Origin: Bryobacterales bacterium
Lineage (GTDB): Bacteria > Acidobacteriota > Terriglobia > Bryobacterales > UBA6623
Direction of reading: 5' to 3'
Assembly (NCBI GenBank): GCA_965248105.1
Contig: CBDFIK010000006.1
Coordinates: forward strand, 2,145,926-2,209,925
Length of the DNA: 64,000 nt
Both the position numbers and the translations under genes were made by a program. Each line of letters opens with the position of its first letter. Within the stretch, counting starts at the first letter, position 1. The notes beneath the pieces are model-generated. The model made no database searches, had not been told where the DNA came from, and saw nothing but the letters and a program-made list of their open reading frames with translations. Below, one piece after another: positions 17,677-26,196 of the stretch.

Positions 17677-18285
17677 TTACCCTTTGCGACAAGCTTCTCG
17701 AATCGTCTCCTCTAGCAGGCGTGTTAATGCCTCGTCGTCGTATGTCATGCTCTTCGCGATCTCTCTCCCCCGCGCTGAGAGACGCCGATAGCCCCAAATA
17801 GAACGACGCTTCGTCTCCTCCCAGCCTTCGCGTTCGTAGTAGAACGGCATATTGACCTCGAAATACGAAATGCTATCTGCATCCTTCAGCAAATCAGAGC
17901 GGTAATCGCCTCCAACCTCATGCCGTACTACCAGCCGGCAAGCCTCGTCCGCGGTGGGCTTGGCCACGCCGCACTCGTCGAAGATCGCTCGCAGGATGTT
18001 CGCCCCGTTACGCGCATGGGCAGCCTTGAATGCCTCATAGTCCTCATAGTCGCAGCGACGCACTTTCCGTTTCTCAACGGCCCGGTCGATATCGTGAGCG
18101 AGAGCGGCGATCTGCAATGCCTGTCCGGCCTTGGCGTTGAGCCTTAACACCCACTCAAGCGTGTTTTCAGCATGCAGAGGGTCTTCCGGGACCTTGGAAG
18201 CCGCGATCGTCGCTCTGATTCTTTGTTTTGTGCTTTCTATGCTATCCATGGTCCCGGCAGATGATGACGCGGCGTATGGTTTCAA
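17677..18285 (-). CDS. DUF4202-like helical protein with an HD-like His/Asp pattern
   Basis: 202-aa ORF. ATG at 18249 (MDSIES..) forms ATGGATAG with the IPCT/DIPPS stop codon, so this is the likely real start. Motifs: LHAENT, AALAHDIDRA, AAHARNGANIL, VRHEVGG, LLKDADSISYFE. A 93%-identical paralogue lies at 36419-37027. Confidence 0.7.
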   Translation of the reverse strand: MKPYAASSSAGTMDSIESTKQRIRATIAASKVPEDPLHAENTLEWVLRLNAKAGQALQIAALAHDIDRAVEKRKVRRCDYEDYEAFKAAHARNGANILRAIFDECGVAKPTADEACRLVVRHEVGGDYRSDLLKDADSISYFEVNMPFYYEREGWEETKRRSIWGYRRLSARGREIAKSMTYDDEALTRLLEETIREACRKG

Positions 18286-19564
18286 TGTTCATCACAGCCG
18301 CAATAACGACCAGCGTTAGAGCAGCTTGGTTGAGCAGGGCGCCAAGGATTATTAGAAAGACACGCACATCGCGGCCCAGACGGAATCCCTTGCCGTGCCG
18401 GATACGGGCGCGCATGAGCCCGTCGTATTTGTCCGCCGTATAGCTCACCATAAAGGAACCGATAATCGCCAGAAATCCAGTCAGTAGGATGAGGCTATCC
18501 GTCTTGTCGGCGTAGGCGTGCCAGGTGAGGCCGAAAAGCAGCAAGGCGTCGGCGTAACGGTCCAGTACCGCATCGAGCCACCCTCCGTAGGCACTGGTTT
18601 GGAACTTCAGCCGCGCCACTTCGCCATCGCAGCCATCGACGACCGAGGCGAACTGTGCCAGAAAACCGCCCAGCAAAAGGGCGAGGTAGCCGCCCAGTGC
18701 GAACAGGCCAGCAGCCAGCACGGAACAAAGGAACGAAAACAAGGATATTTGATTAGGGGTGATGCCGTAGTTGACAAGCCGGCGGGAAATCCTCACGGAT
18801 AGGGGTCGGTTCAAGTAACGCGACACGGGACCGTCACTGGGCTTGTCCGCTAAATCGGCCGAGAGCGCGTTCTCTGCGCGCCTGACGGCCGCGGGATCAT
18901 CTACATCGATCCAAAAATGGCCGTTCACATCGACCGCCTTGGCCCGGTCCTCGGTGGCCAGAACCCGCACCGCTCCGCACAGGCTGGTATCGCCGGACTC
19001 CTCCGCGCAACGCTCCAGCGCGTCGAAAACGGCGGGAGTAGAGACGAAAATCCCCGTGTCAAACCCATTGAAGTCCGTTAAGCCCTTGCCGATGTTGTTG
19101 ATCTTCCCCCCTTCCGTCTTGACTCGGGTGACATCCCCCATGTCGACGAGGGAATTACGAATATCCCTATCCACGGCAAGGCTGATTTCGCCTTCGGCTA
19201 AAGGGAGCTCCAGCATCTCACGGGCGATCGATGGTTCAAAGAGATGGTCCGCCATCAGGAGCAAAAAAGGTTCACGGAGGTGCTGCCGCGCCTTGAGTAC
19301 GGACAAGCCGTTTGCTTTTTCCCAATCCCCGTTAACGATGGGGGTGATACGAATCCCCGCGCGGTCGCTCAGACCCTTCAGGAACGTGCGAACACGCTCC
19401 CCGTGGTATCCGGTGACCACATAAAAGTCATCTGCCCCGGCCTCCCGTGCGGAGCGAATGACGCGTTCGATCAGAGGGACCCCCAAAATGGGGATGAGGG
19501 GTTTGCTGTCACCCCTGAGCCGTAGACGACTACCTTTCCCCGCGCCGATGATTAGACACTTCAT
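18242..19564 (-). CDS. Bifunctional CTP:inositol-1-phosphate cytidylyltransferase / CDP-inositol:inositol-1-phosphate transferase (IPCT/DIPPS)
   Basis: N-terminal nucleotidyltransferase motif (IIGAGKGSRL...KPL). C-terminal CDP-alcohol phosphatidyltransferase motif DGCDGEVARLKFQTSAYGGWLDAVLDRYAD. Its collinear resemblance to the Archaeoglobus IPCT-DIPPS (SDGPVSRYLNRPLSVRIS, FMVSYTADKY) is from memory. Confidence 0.88.
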   Translation of the reverse strand: MKCLIIGAGKGSRLRLRGDSKPLIPILGVPLIERVIRSAREAGADDFYVVTGYHGERVRTFLKGLSDRAGIRITPIVNGDWEKANGLSVLKARQHLREPFLLLMADHLFEPSIAREMLELPLAEGEISLAVDRDIRNSLVDMGDVTRVKTEGGKINNIGKGLTDFNGFDTGIFVSTPAVFDALERCAEESGDTSLCGAVRVLATEDRAKAVDVNGHFWIDVDDPAAVRRAENALSADLADKPSDGPVSRYLNRPLSVRISRRLVNYGITPNQISLFSFLCSVLAAGLFALGGYLALLLGGFLAQFASVVDGCDGEVARLKFQTSAYGGWLDAVLDRYADALLLFGLTWHAYADKTDSLILLTGFLAIIGSFMVSYTADKYDGLMRARIRHGKGFRLGRDVRVFLIILGALLNQAALTLVVIAAVMNIETIRRVIICRDHG

Positions 19565-19594
19565 CCCTAGAGTCTCAGCCGGGACCTCTCCCCG

Positions 19595-19716
19595 AACTGA
19601 GGCAAAACGCTTAATCTTAAATGGGGCAGTTGAACTTGCCTAGGAAGGTCACATCAACTGAGGCTAAACCCTTAATCTTAGATGGGGCAGTTGAGCTTGC
19701 CTAGGAAGGTCACATC
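19595..19716. repeat. Two tandem copies of a 61-bp unit upstream of IPCT/DIPPS
   Basis: Unit 1 (19595-19655): aactgaggcaaaacgcttaatcttaaatggggcagttgaacttgcctaggaaggtcacatc. The unit repeats at 19656-19716 with 4 mismatches. Confidence 0.9.
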
Positions 19717-19950
19717 ACAGGACATTGTCGCATATTTCGAGCCACCGGACATCGCTGGGAAGCGGCACTGGTGGACGCACGGATCAGGATGTCGGCCCCA
19801 ATCCAGCGTTTGCGGCGGTTCGCTTCCACGACGAGCTCTTTTGTCAAACCCTAACCCGCATTTCTCACGACAAAGCAGTAGGGGCGGGCCGAGAGGCTCT
19901 CGCGGCGTTGGGTTGCGTGATCGAATGGGACGGAGTGTGCATCTCACGAA

Positions 19951-19977
19951 GGGGCGGACACGGCGGTCCGCCCCTAC
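19951..19977. repeat. REP-like palindrome + CTAC
   Basis: ggggcggac-acggcg-gtccgcccc-tac. Confidence 0.7.
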
Positions 19978-20200
19978 CCAGGATTTCCGATTTGGCTCCT
20001 CTGACGGCACGAGTCTACACCCTCACCCGGCGAAGCGCAACCATTTCTCCACCCGAAAGAGGCGGCGGCTGAGGCGGGACCGATCGAGCCCCCTTCTTGC
20101 CCCTCATGGGGGCTGATCCGTCGCTGCGAAGTCAATTTCGCAGACACCCCTCCGAGCTTCCGTCCTCAGTACACAGATTTCGCATTCGCCAAGTGCGGTG

Positions 20201-21532
20201 CTACCCGCCCGGCACAGGCAGCGCCCAGATCCTCCGCAGCATGTCGCCAAACAGCCGCCGGTTCAGATGTCCCTCCGCGAACAAGAGCCAGTAATACCGC
20301 GCGTGTTTAATTAGCCGTCCGCCCGTCTTCACTAACCGCTGCTGTAAGCTCGTCAGCGACCAGCTCTTGATCCTTGGTGGCAGTCCCAGCCGCCGCCACA
20401 GGTTGCCCAGGTTATAGGCCAGCACACTCAACTGCAAGCGCACTTCGTTCGCCCGGAAGCGATGGCACGACAGCCTTGTCCAATGCGTCGCCTGCTTGCC
20501 TTCTTTAATCCACTGCTCGGCCGTCCCGCGCTTGTTGTAGAAGCGCACCACGGAGCGGCTTGGCAAGCTCATGTTCGTCACGATAAAACCGACGCGCGCG
20601 AACAGCTCGCCCTGGTGGTGCTCGACCTTGGCGACAACTCGTCTCGGCTTCTTCCAGCTCTCCGCCTGATAGCGAAAGCTCTTGTAGCGCACTAGCGGCT
20701 TGCGGCCGGGCCTCCCCGGCGGACGAAACAGGATGTCTTCGATCTCTAACTCCAAGCTCCTGTTGGCCGGAATGCGGATGGCGTACTGCACGCCGCGTTC
20801 CTGCGAAGCCTCATAAATCTCTGGCTTGGCAAAGGCTGCATCCCCCCGGAAGGCGACCAGCTTGCCCGCAGCCTGTTGGCGCTCGATCTCCGGCAACAAT
20901 AGCTCATCCCAGTCCTCGGCGCTGTGCACGTTGCCGGGACGCAGCTTCGCCGCCAAACAATCACCGTGCTGGTTGAACAACAACAGCGGGTGGTAGCAGA
21001 CCGACTCGAAGTGTCCGTTGTAGGCACTGCCTTCCTGTTGGCCATGGACCGGACTCTCGGTGGAGTCCATGTCCAGAACGACCCGCTCGGAGTCGTCGAA
21101 CGCCTCCGCTTGCCCGACCAGCTCTCGGTTCAGCGCCAGCAGCCCCAGCAGGTTCTCTTCGCTCGCCAGCATCTCCGTCTCGAAGCCGTGCAGCGTCGAG
21201 GTCAAGGCCGCACCGCGATCCCAGATCTTCTGCGAGCCGATCAAGCGAAACGTCGGGTCAGCCGACACTCGGACGGCGTCGTTGACGTCCTCGTAGCCCG
21301 CCAAGCGGCTGTAGATCGACTGCCGCAACAGATCAGCGAGCGTGAACTGCTTGTTTGTGCCTTGCCGGGAGTCGCTGAGATGCTCGTCAATCAGTTCTCC
21401 GAGACCGAGCCGTTCGTCCAGTTCGCGAACCAAAATCAGACCACCGTCGGAAGTGACGTGCGATCCCTGGAAATCGACTTTCAACGAGCCGTTGAAACTT
21501 AGCTGGAATGGCTTGGTTTGTTTTTCACCCAT
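20201..21532 (-). CDS. tnpA: IS1380-family DDE transposase
   Basis: 443 aa. Motifs: SDGGLILVRELDERLGLGELI, LDMDSTESPVHGQQEGSAYNGHFESVCYHPLL, FRGDAAFA, YNKRGTAEQWIKEGK. Confidence 0.9.
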   Translation of the reverse strand: MGEKQTKPFQLSFNGSLKVDFQGSHVTSDGGLILVRELDERLGLGELIDEHLSDSRQGTNKQFTLADLLRQSIYSRLAGYEDVNDAVRVSADPTFRLIGSQKIWDRGAALTSTLHGFETEMLASEENLLGLLALNRELVGQAEAFDDSERVVLDMDSTESPVHGQQEGSAYNGHFESVCYHPLLLFNQHGDCLAAKLRPGNVHSAEDWDELLLPEIERQQAAGKLVAFRGDAAFAKPEIYEASQERGVQYAIRIPANRSLELEIEDILFRPPGRPGRKPLVRYKSFRYQAESWKKPRRVVAKVEHHQGELFARVGFIVTNMSLPSRSVVRFYNKRGTAEQWIKEGKQATHWTRLSCHRFRANEVRLQLSVLAYNLGNLWRRLGLPPRIKSWSLTSLQQRLVKTGGRLIKHARYYWLLFAEGHLNRRLFGDMLRRIWALPVPGG

Positions 21533-21638
21533 TGGGTGTTGGCCTCCCTGGCGTCCTCATCGGGCTCTAGCCCCTATGAATAAAGACGCTCAAGGCCGCC
21601 GGAAGGTCGAGAGGTCTGAATCAAATTGGAAATGCGGG

Positions 21639-22069
21639 ATAAAGTAATGGGCTTTGCCAGGCAACTTGGCGTTTCCAACTGGGACGCTTGCCTTGTCACT
21701 CCCGTGAAAGGACAACTCCAGCGTTGCCGTATTGCGGGATGTAGGCCTATTGAGTTCTCTGGGCGCGCGAGTGGTGCGGTCGGAGAGCCGAACCGAAACG
21801 GCATCGGAATCCAGGACCACATCATAGTTTGGGAAGCGCGCGCGATATCGTGACGACGCGGCATCCTGATCAATTGCCTCGAACGCGACCGGCAATTGGC
21901 GGATATCGATACGCCCAGCATCCGCGGTTGAGTAAGTCGGAGACAAAGGGCCAATCGTTGCGGCCATGCAAGACATTCCGGTCAGCAGCAGAGCAAGTCT
22001 CGCGGACCGACCCGCCAAATCGGCGAGGTGCCGAAGCGAGGAAAAGATAAGAGGGCTGCAGGTCTTCAT
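21639..22069 (-). pseudogene. 5' 143 codons of the split SBBP-repeat gene (signal peptide and N-terminal region)
   Basis: From ATG 22069 the sequence reads MKTCSPLIFSS...LALLLTGMSCMAATIG...IDIRQLPVAFEAIDQ...LPGKAHYF and then enters IS sequence at 21638. The 232-aa track ORF 21590..22288 is a chimera. Confidence 0.8.
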
Positions 22070-22288
22070 GAATATGAATGAAGGAAGCATTGGTGAAGTA
22101 CTCGAACGTAAGTGTAAGTAACTAACTCTTCGCACCGCAAGTCCGCTTCGTGCACCTGCGCCTGTCGGAAACTCCACCGCGTGGTCGGCTGGCGAATCTT
22201 CTTCCTCAATGAGAGTGGAGTTTTCCACATTTCCACAGCGCCGACGACGATTCCCCGCAGGTCCACAACAAATCCTGGTCAGCATCAA

Positions 22289-22600
22289 CTATAGGATCGC
22301 GGCGGGCCGACAGACGCTGGATTTCCTGCACGCGGCACGCGCCCGCCAGATCCGCGGTCGTTTGACCCAAAGCCGCGCCTTGGCATCGAACGGCAATCGC
22401 ACATGGTCGATCTTGATCGCTCCGGCGGTCTCGGCCAACCACCGTGCGCTCGACCATTTCCACGCAAGGGATCTCCCACCAACCCTTTCCGGACCGGGGT
22501 CATGTGCATGTAGTCGAGCGCCTCGTCGAACTCGCCTCGTGTCCGCAGCGCGTGATCGTAGAATCGACTCTGCCGAAAAACCCGCTCTCTCTTTAGCAAT
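22289..22600 (-). pseudogene. REP-associated tyrosine transposase (RAYT / IS200-like Y1) C-terminal remnant, frameshifted
   Basis: FRQSRFYDHALRTRGEFDEALDYMHMTPVRKGLVGDP is in one frame and continues as LAWKWSSARW in another. The N-terminal HUH region is absent, because the cyclase gene starts 75 nt away. Confidence 0.6.
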
Positions 22601-22674
22601 GGTTTCCCGGCCGACGACGATCGGCGTGAGCAATTACCGGCCCTATTGCGTTTCTATCTGCGATAATCGGACCC

Positions 22675-23457
22675 ATGGTTGACGAACTGCTAGCCAATCT
22701 GGAGAAGACCACGGCCTATGATCTCGGCCAGCCTTACCGGCCAGGAATACCGCACCATCCCATTCATCCACCGTTTGTCTATTGCATGAGCAAAATGCAC
22801 GGGGACACCATGCTCGGCGACGCGAGCTCCGCGGCGGATTGCTTCACCCTTGGCGGCCACACGGGAACCCATATTGATGCACTCTGTCATTTCTCAAAGG
22901 GTTTAAAACTTCATGGAGGCGTCGATGTCGCTCAGTCCTACACGGGGGGCGTGGAGCATTGGGGCGTCGACACCATCCAGCCCATCCTGCGGCGCGGGGT
23001 TCTGCTCGATGTCGCTCGTCATGAGAAAACAGACATCCTCCCCGAAGATTTTGCGATCGGAGCGGACACCTTGCAGGTGGCCGCGCGCGAACAAGCCGTC
23101 GAGGTGCGAAAGGGCGACGTCGTGTTGGTCCGCACCGGATGGGGACGCTACTGGGACAACCCGAAGCAGTACATCAACGGAGTGCGGTCGCCCGGCGTGA
23201 ACCTGGAAGCCGCCGAATGGCTCAGCGCCCTCGGTGTGTTCGCGGGCGGTTCAGACACGATTGCCTTCGAATTGGTTCCCTCGACGAGCATGCCGGTTCA
23301 TGTTCACTTGCTTGTCGAGAGCGGCATTCACATCATCGAGGCGTTGAATTTGGAAGAGTTGTCTCAAAACGAACAGTGGCAGTTCGTCTTTGTGGCCGTG
23401 CCGATGAAGATCGTCGGGGGAACGGGCTCGCCGATTCGACCGATTGCGTTGGTGTAG
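22675..23457 (+). CDS. Cyclase-family protein (kynurenine formamidase-like)
   Basis: 260 aa. GGHTGTHIDALCHF motif. The overall pattern matches Pfam Cyclase as I remember it. Confidence 0.8.
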   Translation: MVDELLANLEKTTAYDLGQPYRPGIPHHPIHPPFVYCMSKMHGDTMLGDASSAADCFTLGGHTGTHIDALCHFSKGLKLHGGVDVAQSYTGGVEHWGVDTIQPILRRGVLLDVARHEKTDILPEDFAIGADTLQVAAREQAVEVRKGDVVLVRTGWGRYWDNPKQYINGVRSPGVNLEAAEWLSALGVFAGGSDTIAFELVPSTSMPVHVHLLVESGIHIIEALNLEELSQNEQWQFVFVAVPMKIVGGTGSPIRPIALV

Positions 23458-24161
23458 GCTTCACTCGCTAATCGTCAAGAGGCTGACTTGCGAACCGCAG
23501 CGCTCATCCGAGGCGTGTTCGCGGGGTCCCTTGCTCGCACACCCTCACGACGAGCGGATCGGGAGCCGCGAATGCAGGTGACCCGCATGTCTTTTTATCT
23601 AAGTTATTCATTCAAAGCATCTTAATACCGTTAGTGGCACCGTCGCCTTGGATGGGCAGGGTACAATATAACTGGGTACCCGAAGTATTCGGGGCCGACT
23701 CGAGGGCGGGTGGTCCGGACCCACGAACCGACGGGCCCAGAAAATTACCAAACAAAGCCAATTTCTCACAACCCACAGGGAATCAATGGGTTACGGCTGG
23801 TTTCTAGTACGGCGGGGCGGCCGGCTCGGCAAAACCCGACGGATCGCTCCAGCGGACGCGAAGAGACCTTCGCCTGAGGCAGTCGGCCCCTAGGAACAGC
23901 AAGGCAACAACGGAGCATCAGAGCAAGAGGAGTTACCCGAGTAACAAAATGACCAAACAAAGCCAATTCAAAATAACTCTCATATATTCAGTAACTTACA
24001 CGACTCTTGGGAGGGACAGTGGTCTGCGCTAAATCATCCGCCGATGCGAAACGCCCGTCGGTGTCCAGAACCTCAACCGCACCCTTTCGAGCGGGGCTCT
24101 GTTTGGTGTGGGCTGGCCTCGGCCCGGTGGCGTCGGCGCTTTGGGCCGCAGGCGGCGACTC

Positions 24162-26054
24162 CTACCATCCCGCTGCGTAACGGTAGCCGTAGGGGTCTGC
24201 GCCAGCCTCGATCACGCCGCTGGGACGCATGTGGACGGCGACGGGCGCGGAGCCGCTCTGCCAGCGGCTGCGACGCTCGACTTTGTGTCCCCAACTCTGC
24301 AGTTGCCGCATCACCTCTTCCGGGACGCGCTCGTCGAGCAATAGCAGATTCCGGTTAATGGCGTGATCATCGAAACTCGAGACAAGATGGCGCGTTTGGA
24401 AGCGAGGGGCTTCGACCGCCCACTGTGGATTCACGCCGAACTGCATGGTGAGCAGCATGACCTGCAACAGGGCCTGCTCCTGCATATCTCCCCCGGGGGT
24501 CGAGAGCGCCATGAAAGGATCGCCGCCCCGGGTGACGATGGTGGGCGTGAGCGTGATGCGCGGTCGTTTGCCGGGCTCGACGACATTCGGGTGATCCGGG
24601 ATCATCACGAAACTCTGCGCCCGCTGCGTCAACGGAATGCCGGTATCAGCGGCGATCACCGACGGCATCCATGCACCGGAGGGCGTCGTCGAAAACATCG
24701 TTCCGTCGCTGGCGATGATGTTGATGCCGGTCGTATCGTGCGACGCCAGAGCATCGCCCAGGGGGCGAAGCTGTCCTTCGAAACGCGAAGGGTGGGGCGG
24801 CTGTCCTTTGCCGAAGCGACCGGGGCGAAAGGCAGCCGACGCACGCTCAGGATCGATCATCTGGCGCCGCTCGGCGGCGTAGGTCTTGGTCAGCAAAGCG
24901 GACGGGATGGAAGCGAACTTCGGATCTGCATAGTAGGTGTCGCGGTCGGCGTAAGCCAGTTTCAGCGCCTCGACCAGAATGTGAATGTAGATCGCCGAGT
25001 TCCAGCCCATCGACCTTAGATCGAAGCCCTCTAAGATGTTCAGAGTCTGAATCATCACCGCGCCCTGGGTCCAGAAGCCTCCCTTGTAGACCTCGAAACC
25101 CCGGTAGGTCGTCTTTAACGGTTGCTCCACCTCAAGACGAAAGGACGCCAGGTCTTCGTAGCGCAGCAGCCCCTTGTTTTCCTTGGAAAAAGCACCTATC
25201 TTGCGGGCAATCTCGCCGCGGTAAAACAGATCGCGCACGGCCTCGATGCCTTCACCGCGAGAGGCGCCGCTTTCCAGCGCCTTACGCTCAGCCGCCACCA
25301 TCAAGCGAATCGTTTTCGCAAGGTCGGGCTGATGGAAGATTTCCCCCGGTCGTGGAAGGCGCCCGGTCGGCAGAAAGACGCGGCGCGAAGTTGGATAGCG
25401 CTGAAAGAAGCGCGAAGCTCGAGTAATGGCCCGTGCGCGGATCTCGTCTAAGGGCATTGCGTCGGCCAGGTCAAGTGCCGGTTGGATGACCTCGGCGAAC
25501 GGTTTTGTGCCGAATTCCTTTAAGGCGAGCAACCCGGCGTCGACCATACCGGGCGTGAGAGCCGGCAACAGACCGTAAGAGGGGATAGGGCCGTTTTTCC
25601 GGCCGCGCCGGCGCGCCTCTTGTTCGTCTTCCGGCAAAGTTCGCAGTTTTTGAAAGAACTTGCGGGTCATCAACGCGGGAGCAGGTCCCAATCCAGGGAT
25701 GCAGTGAACAGTTCCTTCCGAGGTTCGAATGAGAATGGGCGCCTCACCACCGAACCCAAAGTGAGAGAACTCGGAAACCGCGCCGGCGAAAAGCGCGGCC
25801 ACGCCGGCATCCACACCGTTGCCTCCGGCGTGAAGCACGCGGGTGGCGGCCTCAGTCACCAGCGGGGTCCCGGCGGCTACCGCGGCTCGCGTGCCGCGGA
25901 CCACGGGCCGCATCATATGCCAGCGACGCTCTTTCTCTTTTTCTTGCTGCTGCTCGCGGGGTGGCGGCGTCTGGGAAGGAGACTGCACCCCGATCACGAG
26001 AAGTGCAAGGGAGAGAGCGCAAAGGGCCGGCTTCAGCAAGGAGAATTTCGTCAT
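24162..26054 (-). CDS. ggt: Gamma-glutamyltranspeptidase family protein
   Basis: 630 aa with a signal peptide. Motifs: GGNGVDAGVA, SHDTTGINI (Thr nucleophile region), STPGGDMQ. Confidence 0.88.
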   Translation of the reverse strand: MTKFSLLKPALCALSLALLVIGVQSPSQTPPPREQQQEKEKERRWHMMRPVVRGTRAAVAAGTPLVTEAATRVLHAGGNGVDAGVAALFAGAVSEFSHFGFGGEAPILIRTSEGTVHCIPGLGPAPALMTRKFFQKLRTLPEDEQEARRRGRKNGPIPSYGLLPALTPGMVDAGLLALKEFGTKPFAEVIQPALDLADAMPLDEIRARAITRASRFFQRYPTSRRVFLPTGRLPRPGEIFHQPDLAKTIRLMVAAERKALESGASRGEGIEAVRDLFYRGEIARKIGAFSKENKGLLRYEDLASFRLEVEQPLKTTYRGFEVYKGGFWTQGAVMIQTLNILEGFDLRSMGWNSAIYIHILVEALKLAYADRDTYYADPKFASIPSALLTKTYAAERRQMIDPERASAAFRPGRFGKGQPPHPSRFEGQLRPLGDALASHDTTGINIIASDGTMFSTTPSGAWMPSVIAADTGIPLTQRAQSFVMIPDHPNVVEPGKRPRITLTPTIVTRGGDPFMALSTPGGDMQEQALLQVMLLTMQFGVNPQWAVEAPRFQTRHLVSSFDDHAINRNLLLLDERVPEEVMRQLQSWGHKVERRSRWQSGSAPVAVHMRPSGVIEAGADPYGYRYAAGW

Positions 26055-26196
26055 CGAAAGCTCGCCGCGGACTTACTGTCATCATAATAGCGCCCCGAAA
26101 CAGAGGCTCGGGTCGGAATCTGAGAGCTTGTGCTCCGCTAGCTCATGTTGAGACGATCGGGAATCGAATCAAAAGACGCAAGCGGAAGGAGATCAC

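Larger units (their letters stand above)
16434..21638 (-). mobile_element. IS1380-family transposition unit (IS plus 3.4 kb of passenger DNA), flanked by 5-bp ATAAA duplication
   Basis: ATAAA occurs at 16429-16433 and at 21639-21643. Excising the unit restores one in-frame SBBP ORF. An IS1380-type tnpA sits at the right end, and the passenger genes lie downstream of it on the same strand. Confidence 0.8.
19855..21638 (-). mobile_element. IS1380-family insertion sequence (IS proper)
   Basis: Terminal inverted repeat cccgcatttc is present at 19855-19864 on the top strand and at 21638-21629 on the bottom strand. Single transposase ORF. A subterminal imperfect repeat (20132-20162 against 21600-21629) leaves the exact inner end uncertain. 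Confidence 0.75.

Noticed and set aside
19595-19716. Tandem repeat considered as a CRISPR array
   Set aside because: There are only two units. They are contiguous with no spacers, there are no cas genes, and the 61-nt unit is too long.
20105-20140. gggggctgatccgtcgctgcgaag resembles a tmRNA 5' end
   Set aside because: There is no TTCGAC-type continuation, no tag reading frame, and no tRNA-like 3' end ending in CCA anywhere nearby. It lies inside the IS 3' non-coding region.
20122-20162. Alternative inner end (IRR) of the IS at ~20131
   Set aside because: It matches only subterminal positions 10-40 of the other end (tcaattt..cagac..ctc.ga.cttccg) and lacks the terminal cccgcatttc, which is found at 19855. 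I kept it as a caveat rather than as the boundary.
21590-22288. 232-aa ORF treated as a single gene
   Set aside because: It is a chimera. Its C-terminal residues (..PHFQFDSDLSTFRRP) are translated IS1380 terminal sequence, and its first ~73 residues lie upstream of the real ATG at 22069.
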